Assembly: GCA_902580215.1 (NCBI GenBank)
Contig: CACHJT010000006.1
Coordinates: 1,223-65,222, forward strand
Reading direction: 5' to 3'
DNA: 64,000 nt
DNA from: an uncultured Candidatus Actinomarina sp.
GTDB lineage: Bacteria > Actinomycetota > Acidimicrobiia > Actinomarinales > Actinomarinaceae
The translations under genes and the position numbers were made by a program. Below, in pieces: positions 59,439 to 64,000 of the stretch; the first letter of the stretch is position 1; each line of letters opens with the position of its first letter. Under the pieces are notes generated by a model. The model worked only from the letters and a program-made list of their open reading frames with translations. It searched no databases and was not told where the DNA came from.

Positions 59439-60255
59439 CAACTAAAAAGATTGATAATAAGACCATAAGTACACCAAACCAATTCAAAATATTTAGATAC
59501 TCATTTGCTACTAAAATTCCAATTAATAAAGCAAATATAGCTTCCATGCTTAATATCAATGCTGAAGTTGAAGCTTTTATTATTTTTTGACCGTACAGTT
59601 GTAAATAAAATGCTCCAACATTAACTACTAATCCCAAAAATACTATTGGAAATATATTTTCATATAAAAATTCAAACTCCGAAAAGGTTATTAATGGTAA
59701 ACACAAAACCGCTCCAGTTAATGACTGAACAAACATTAGTTGTGAAATATTTTGATTCTTAACATATCTTTCAACGAGAACTATATGCATTGCATAAGCT
59801 ACAGCACAAATTAGGGTAAACAAGTTTCCAAACACTTGTGAAATATCATTTATTGATATAAGGGCTATTCCAGTGAATCCGAGAAATGAATATATGTAGT
59901 TTTTTGCTCCTAAGTCTGTTTTGTTAATAAATTTAGATAAAAAAGGTGTAAGTACTATGTAAAATCCAGTTACAACACCTGAATTAATAGTTGATGTAGT
60001 TAACAAACCTTGTGTTTGAGTTACGTATCCTAGCCATAAAAATAATCCCATCATTAAACCGGGTTTCCAAGTAATTTTTTCAGGTATACCACCAATTACG
60101 GCAAAAAAGAATGCTGCGATTAAATATCTTAAAAAAACAACAAAAGTTGGACTAAAAATACTCAGTAAATTTTTTACAATTAAAAAAGTTGAACCGAAAA
60201 ATAATGCAGATACAAATAGTGCAATTAGCGATTTGTTTTTTTCATTAATGAACAT
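59428..60255 (-). CDS. DMT/EamA family transporter
   Basis: Ten TM in two EamA repeats; LRYLIA, ASTSALILSMEAIFA. Confidence 0.88.
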   Translation of the reverse strand: MFINEKNKSLIALFVSALFFGSTFLIVKNLLSIFSPTFVVFLRYLIAAFFFAVIGGIPEKITWKPGLMMGLFLWLGYVTQTQGLLTTSTINSGVVTGFYIVLTPFLSKFINKTDLGAKNYIYSFLGFTGIALISINDISQVFGNLFTLICAVAYAMHIVLVERYVKNQNISQLMFVQSLTGAVLCLPLITFSEFEFLYENIFPIVFLGLVVNVGAFYLQLYGQKIIKASTSALILSMEAIFALLIGILVANEYLNILNWFGVLMVLLSIFLVVKE

Positions 60256-60291
60256 ATGAGAGAACTTTAATATGTTGTATAAAATAATATA

Positions 60292-60933
60292 GTGGTAATA
60301 AGTAAAGATAGAAAAGTCGAAGATATTGTCAATATCTTAGAGAAACTATATCCAAAAACCCCTATTCCACTAAAACATAAGGACCCATTTACTCTTTTGG
60401 TATCTGTTGTTTTATCTGCACAGTGCACAGATGAAAGAGTAAATCAGATTACTCCAATTTTATTTGATAATGCAGATACACCTTTAAAGATGTCAAGATT
60501 ACCAGTTGGCAAAATTGAAAAGATAATTAGACCATGTGGTTTATCGCCTCAAAAATCAAAAGCAATTAGTGGTTTGTCAAAATTAATTGTTAATAAGCAC
60601 AACTCTAAAGTGCCTCAAAACTTTAAAGATCTAGAAAATTTGCCTGGTGTTGGTCATAAGACTGCATCTGTTGTTATGAGTCAAGCATTTGGATATCCTG
60701 CTTTTCCTGTTGACACACACATACATAGACTTGCATGGAGATGGGGTTTGTCGACAGGAAAAAATGTAGAAAAAACAGAAAAAGATTTAAAAAGACTTTT
60801 TCCAGAAAGTAAGTGGAACAAACTTCACCTTCAGTTTATTTTTTATGGTCGTGAATATTGTCCTGCTAGAGGACATAAATTAGAAGTTTGTATTATTTGT
60901 TCAAAATATAGAAGAAAAGAAGGATTCAAGTAG
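60292..60933 (+). CDS. nth: Endonuclease III (HhH-GPD glycosylase)
   Basis: LSAQCTD.RVN, LPGVGHKTA, PVDTHIHR. Confidence 0.95.
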   Translation: MVISKDRKVEDIVNILEKLYPKTPIPLKHKDPFTLLVSVVLSAQCTDERVNQITPILFDNADTPLKMSRLPVGKIEKIIRPCGLSPQKSKAISGLSKLIVNKHNSKVPQNFKDLENLPGVGHKTASVVMSQAFGYPAFPVDTHIHRLAWRWGLSTGKNVEKTEKDLKRLFPESKWNKLHLQFIFYGREYCPARGHKLEVCIICSKYRRKEGFK

Positions 60934-60971
60934 AATTTTTTTTATATCAAGTTGAGGTATATATTTAGTTT

Positions 60972-61679
60972 ATGGAAATAAATGCATCAATAGCCTTCTT
61001 CTTTGGAGCTTTATCATTTTTTTCACCTTGTGTACTTCCATTGGTCCCTGGGTATTTTGCCATATTTTCTATAAACAAAAATTCAAAAATATCGAAAATT
61101 AATGGTGCAGTTCAATTTGCACTAGGATTTTCTATTGTTTTTGTCTCACTAGGTGCATTAGCAAGTTCGGTAGGTTCTTTTTTTAGTAGAAACGCTACAA
61201 TCCTAGGTCAAATCAGTGGTGCTATCATAATTATTTTTGGTTTAGTTTTATTAATACCATCTCTTAATAAAAGATATTTTTATAGTTCAAACTATGTTGA
61301 TATCAACAATTTTTCAAAATCTAAAAACTTTATAATGGGTTTTACATTCGGCTTTGGGTTTACTCCCTGTATCGGACCAGTTCTTGGAGCATTGTTAACT
61401 CTTTCATCTAAGTCTGAAACATTATATTCGGGAGTAATGTACTTAATATTATTTTCATTAGGCTTAGCTGTTCCTTTTATTACTATTGCAATCCTTTCAG
61501 ATCGGGTTAATTTCAATAACAAAGTATTTAAAAGTTTTCAAAAATACTCAACAAATGTATCTGGTGTTACATTAATTGCATTAGGTTATTTAATATTTAC
61601 TGACAGAGTTTATATTCTTGCATCATTTTTTCAAGAAATTCTTTACATACTTAATTTAGATTGGTTAAGTACTATTTAG
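60972..61679 (+). CDS. ccdA: Cytochrome c biogenesis thiol:disulfide membrane protein CcdA
   Basis: FFSPCVLPLVP and FTPCIGPVL redox cysteines. Confidence 0.92.
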   Translation: MEINASIAFFFGALSFFSPCVLPLVPGYFAIFSINKNSKISKINGAVQFALGFSIVFVSLGALASSVGSFFSRNATILGQISGAIIIIFGLVLLIPSLNKRYFYSSNYVDINNFSKSKNFIMGFTFGFGFTPCIGPVLGALLTLSSKSETLYSGVMYLILFSLGLAVPFITIAILSDRVNFNNKVFKSFQKYSTNVSGVTLIALGYLIFTDRVYILASFFQEILYILNLDWLSTI

Positions 61680-61682
61680 ATT

Positions 61683-62249
61683 ATGAAAGTTTTAAAATCA
61701 TTAAATTCTTTAAATGTTGAGGGCAGTGATGCTTATACTTTCATTGATTCACTTGTATCGAACTCTATAAATGAAAGCGAATATAAGTTCTCCTATTTAT
61801 TAGGTCCAGATGGAAAAGTAAATTTTTGGTTTATATTTTCAAGACAAAACAATTTATTAAAAATTTATCAATCTGAAAGTAATTTGATTGAATTAAAAAA
61901 AGTATTAGAAAAGTACAAAATTCGTATCAAATGTGAATTAAATATTGTTAAAGAAGATGTATTTTTCGAAATTAATGAGAAAGAAGATACTCTCAGTGTT
62001 AAACCAACTAATGAAGCTGAACATCACCTTGATTGGTCTGAAGTTGAAATGGCCTATGAGCTTCCTTCATTAAATATCATTGAATCGGGCTTATTACCTA
62101 ATGAGATTAAATGGCTAGAAAGTTTTGTTGACTTTTATAAGGGTTGCTTTATGGGACAAGAACAGGCCTCTAGAGTTAAATTTAGGGGTAATCCTAGAAG
62201 AATATTAAAAACCTTATCAAACTCTACTCAAGAAATAGTAAAAAAATAA
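61683..62249 (+). CDS. Short YgfZ/CAF17-like folate-binding protein
   Basis: VEG.DA..F...L.SN and the KGCFMGQE signature. Confidence 0.8.
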   Translation: MKVLKSLNSLNVEGSDAYTFIDSLVSNSINESEYKFSYLLGPDGKVNFWFIFSRQNNLLKIYQSESNLIELKKVLEKYKIRIKCELNIVKEDVFFEINEKEDTLSVKPTNEAEHHLDWSEVEMAYELPSLNIIESGLLPNEIKWLESFVDFYKGCFMGQEQASRVKFRGNPRRILKTLSNSTQEIVKK

Positions 62250-62255
62250 TTTATA

Positions 62256-62573
62256 GTGAGTGAAAACAACACCAGGTGTAATTACTGTGGGAGAACTTTA
62301 TATAAACAAGTTTCTGAAAAATATTTCGTTTGTTCTCAAAAATGTAAAAGGTTGATAAAAAATAGTACCTATATTGAGACAGTTGATTCTCTTGTCTTAA
62401 GAGTTAACAGTACTAAGTGGAGTACAGTTGATGATTTGAATAAAAAAGTTGATATAAATAAATTTGACTTTATTTCTTCTGTAAGACGTTTAATTTATTT
62501 TAAAGGATTGCTTTTAACCAAAGAAAAAAAAGAAATAAATCAAAAATCCCTCATATCTAAAGTGAAAATATAG
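62256..62573 (+). CDS. Small protein with N-terminal Cys4 finger (TRASH/MYM-like) and possible winged helix
   Basis: CNYC-x14-CSQKC; basic helical C-terminus. Confidence 0.55.
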   Translation: MSENNTRCNYCGRTLYKQVSEKYFVCSQKCKRLIKNSTYIETVDSLVLRVNSTKWSTVDDLNKKVDINKFDFISSVRRLIYFKGLLLTKEKKEINQKSLISKVKI

Positions 62574-63156
62574 CACCTCTATCAAATCGTTTTAATGAAT
62601 ATTGAACAATAGGCCCAACTGTAACAACCATAAAGATTGTACCTAGTCCATAAGAACCACCCAGTAATACCCCAACTACAAATGCAGTAAAGTCGATTCC
62701 AATTCTTGTAGCTCTTATGCTTGGACCTAATTTAGCTATGCCGACCATAATTCCATCTCTGGGACCTGGTCCAAGCCCAGAACCAACATAAACACCTACT
62801 CCTAATGCAAACACCACAGTTCCAAATACGAGAAATATTACTTTTACTGACAAGATTTCTGGACTGGGCAAATAATACATAGTTAGGTCGATCACGTTTC
62901 CAATAGTTAAGATATTTAAAATAGTGCCTATGAAAGGTTTTTGTCTGAGTGGAATCCATCCTAAGAGTAAAATAAAACCTGTTAGGACGCCAGCAAACCC
63001 AATTTTAACCCCTATTAATTTACTAAATCCATCGTGAAAAACATCCCAGGAATTTAATCCAAGGCCAGCCTCAATAGTAAAAGCCAATCCAAAACCACAT
63101 AAAAAAAGTCCAATCATTAGTTGAGGAATTCTCTGAATTATTAATTTATTTTGCAT
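62557..63156 (-). CDS. YczE/YyaS/YitT family membrane protein
   Basis: AGLGLNSWDVFH.G, GTILN....G..ID, GLGPGPRDG.M, G.GTI. Confidence 0.88.
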   Translation of the reverse strand: MQNKLIIQRIPQLMIGLFLCGFGLAFTIEAGLGLNSWDVFHDGFSKLIGVKIGFAGVLTGFILLLGWIPLRQKPFIGTILNILTIGNVIDLTMYYLPSPEILSVKVIFLVFGTVVFALGVGVYVGSGLGPGPRDGIMVGIAKLGPSIRATRIGIDFTAFVVGVLLGGSYGLGTIFMVVTVGPIVQYSLKRFDRGAIFSL

Positions 63157-63523
63157 CTAAGAACAAGCCTTCTAAGACTGAGATGTTTTCCGGACATAGT
63201 TCGTAAGTAGATTGAAAGCGAAGTATTGGAATAATTCTATTATTTATATCAACTTTAATATCATTATCATTGAGTAAATTTAATATAACATTTAATGATG
63301 CTTGCTCATCGATCCATTGATTTGAACTATTACAAATATCTTTTCCAACTTGTATTAGGGTATCATCAGAGTAATTTTCTAAAGTATCCTCACTATCAGC
63401 AATTCTAATTTGCTCTACAAAACTATCACCAAAATTATCTGTGCTTAATGAGGAAAACGTTATATAGAAAATTACTGAAATTATGAAAAAAATCGTAACA
63501 CCAATAATTGTTTTATTATTCAT
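63146..63523 (-). CDS. Membrane-anchored DUF732-like protein
   Basis: N-terminal TM; DD.LIQVGKDIC ... YELCPE two-Cys pattern. Confidence 0.55.
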   Translation of the reverse strand: MNNKTIIGVTIFFIISVIFYITFSSLSTDNFGDSFVEQIRIADSEDTLENYSDDTLIQVGKDICNSSNQWIDEQASLNVILNLLNDNDIKVDINNRIIPILRFQSTYELCPENISVLEGLFLDAK

Positions 63524-63574
63524 ATTCTATTATTAAGTAATTTTGAAATTATATATAAACGTATTCAACAAATG

Positions 63575-63656
63575 TACCCGGAGGGGGAGTCGAACCCCCA
63601 CATCCGAAGATACTGGATTTTGAATCCAGCGCGTCTGCCAATTCCGCCATCCGGGC
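63575..63656 (-). tRNA. tRNA-Leu(CAA)
   Basis: GCCCGGA acceptor stem, TGGCGGAATTGGCAGACGCG D-arm, CTGGA-TTCAAAA-TCCAG anticodon arm, long variable arm, GGTTCGACTCC T-arm; CCA not encoded. Confidence 0.97.
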
Positions 63657-63722
63657 TTTAATAAGATTATATTTGATATGCAGATGAATGAGAGAAAATT
63701 TTATTAAGTTTAAAATGAAAGA

Positions 63723-63998
63723 GTGATATTCCTAATTGATGGCCACAGCATTGCATTTAGAGCCTTTTATGCATTACCTGAAACGTTGGAGACTAAAGAT
63801 GGATTTCCTACAAATGTAATTCATGGATTTCTTATGATGCTATCTAAGCTCGTGAATAATTACGATGTAGAAAAAATTATTATTACATGGGATGTTTCTA
63901 AAAAAACATTTAGAAATGAAATATACGAAGACTATAAAGCTAATAGAAGTTCATCACCTGATAACTTTAAAATTCAAATTAATAAACTTCAAAGCTTG
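63723..63998 (+). CDS. polA: DNA polymerase I 5'-3' exonuclease domain (3'-partial)
   Basis: Translated by hand from GTG 63723: IFLIDGHSIAFRAFYALP...PTNVIHGF...WD...TFR.EIY.DYKANR. Could be a stand-alone 5'-3' exonuclease. Confidence 0.88.
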   Translation, partial: MIFLIDGHSIAFRAFYALPETLETKDGFPTNVIHGFLMMLSKLVNNYDVEKIIITWDVSKKTFRNEIYEDYKANRSSSPDNFKIQINKLQSL

Positions 63999-64000
63999 CT

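Noticed and set aside
790-61522. Many short ORFs nested in or antisense to long genes (e.g. 4665-5084, 13198-13578, 27247-27705, 55776-56216)
   Set aside because: They lie inside well-supported genes and have no motifs; typical shadow ORFs.
63146-63656. tRNA-Leu as an integration site for an island
   Set aside because: No integrase, and I saw no duplicated tRNA 3' end in the window.
1-64000. CRISPR array, IS element, prophage or rRNA
   Set aside because: No repeat-spacer pattern, transposase, phage structural gene or rRNA sequence was seen by eye.

Overview
AT-rich, very compact bacterial chromosome segment with many overlapping genes and almost no intergenic DNA. Gene content and order fit a streamlined marine actinobacterium, most likely Acidimicrobiia / Ca. 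Actinomarina-like (inferred from F420-type LLM enzymes, the nif3-Zn ribbon-RNase HI-rnpB synteny, DUF3040-mraZ, sepF without ftsA, and dksA-lspA-rluA-dnaE). It contains ppc, an MmpL/RND transporter, rnpB, a System I cytochrome c maturation (ccm) operon, ilvBNC-leuAB with a leader-peptide attenuator, queG, ilvD, the dcw cell-wall/division cluster, ileS, dnaE, thyX, nth, ccdA, tRNA-Leu(CAA) and the 5' end of polA. I saw no CRISPR array, IS element or prophage. Most notable: (i) a ccm System I operon lacking ccmD, in a phylum whose model members use System II; (ii) a MacB/FtsX-like domain fused to an M15 peptidase, divergent from mmpL; (iii) an Rv1830/McdR-like regulator, 10-bp-phased MraZ boxes and a long hairpin covering the rsmH start; (iv) -10 boxes 6-7 nt before many start codons, suggesting widespread leaderless mRNA; (v) a ThyX that looks phage-like; (vi) repeated loss of metal ligands and shortened proteins; (vii) murF and divIVA absent from their usual positions. 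Family assignments come from motifs recognised by eye; no database searches were run.
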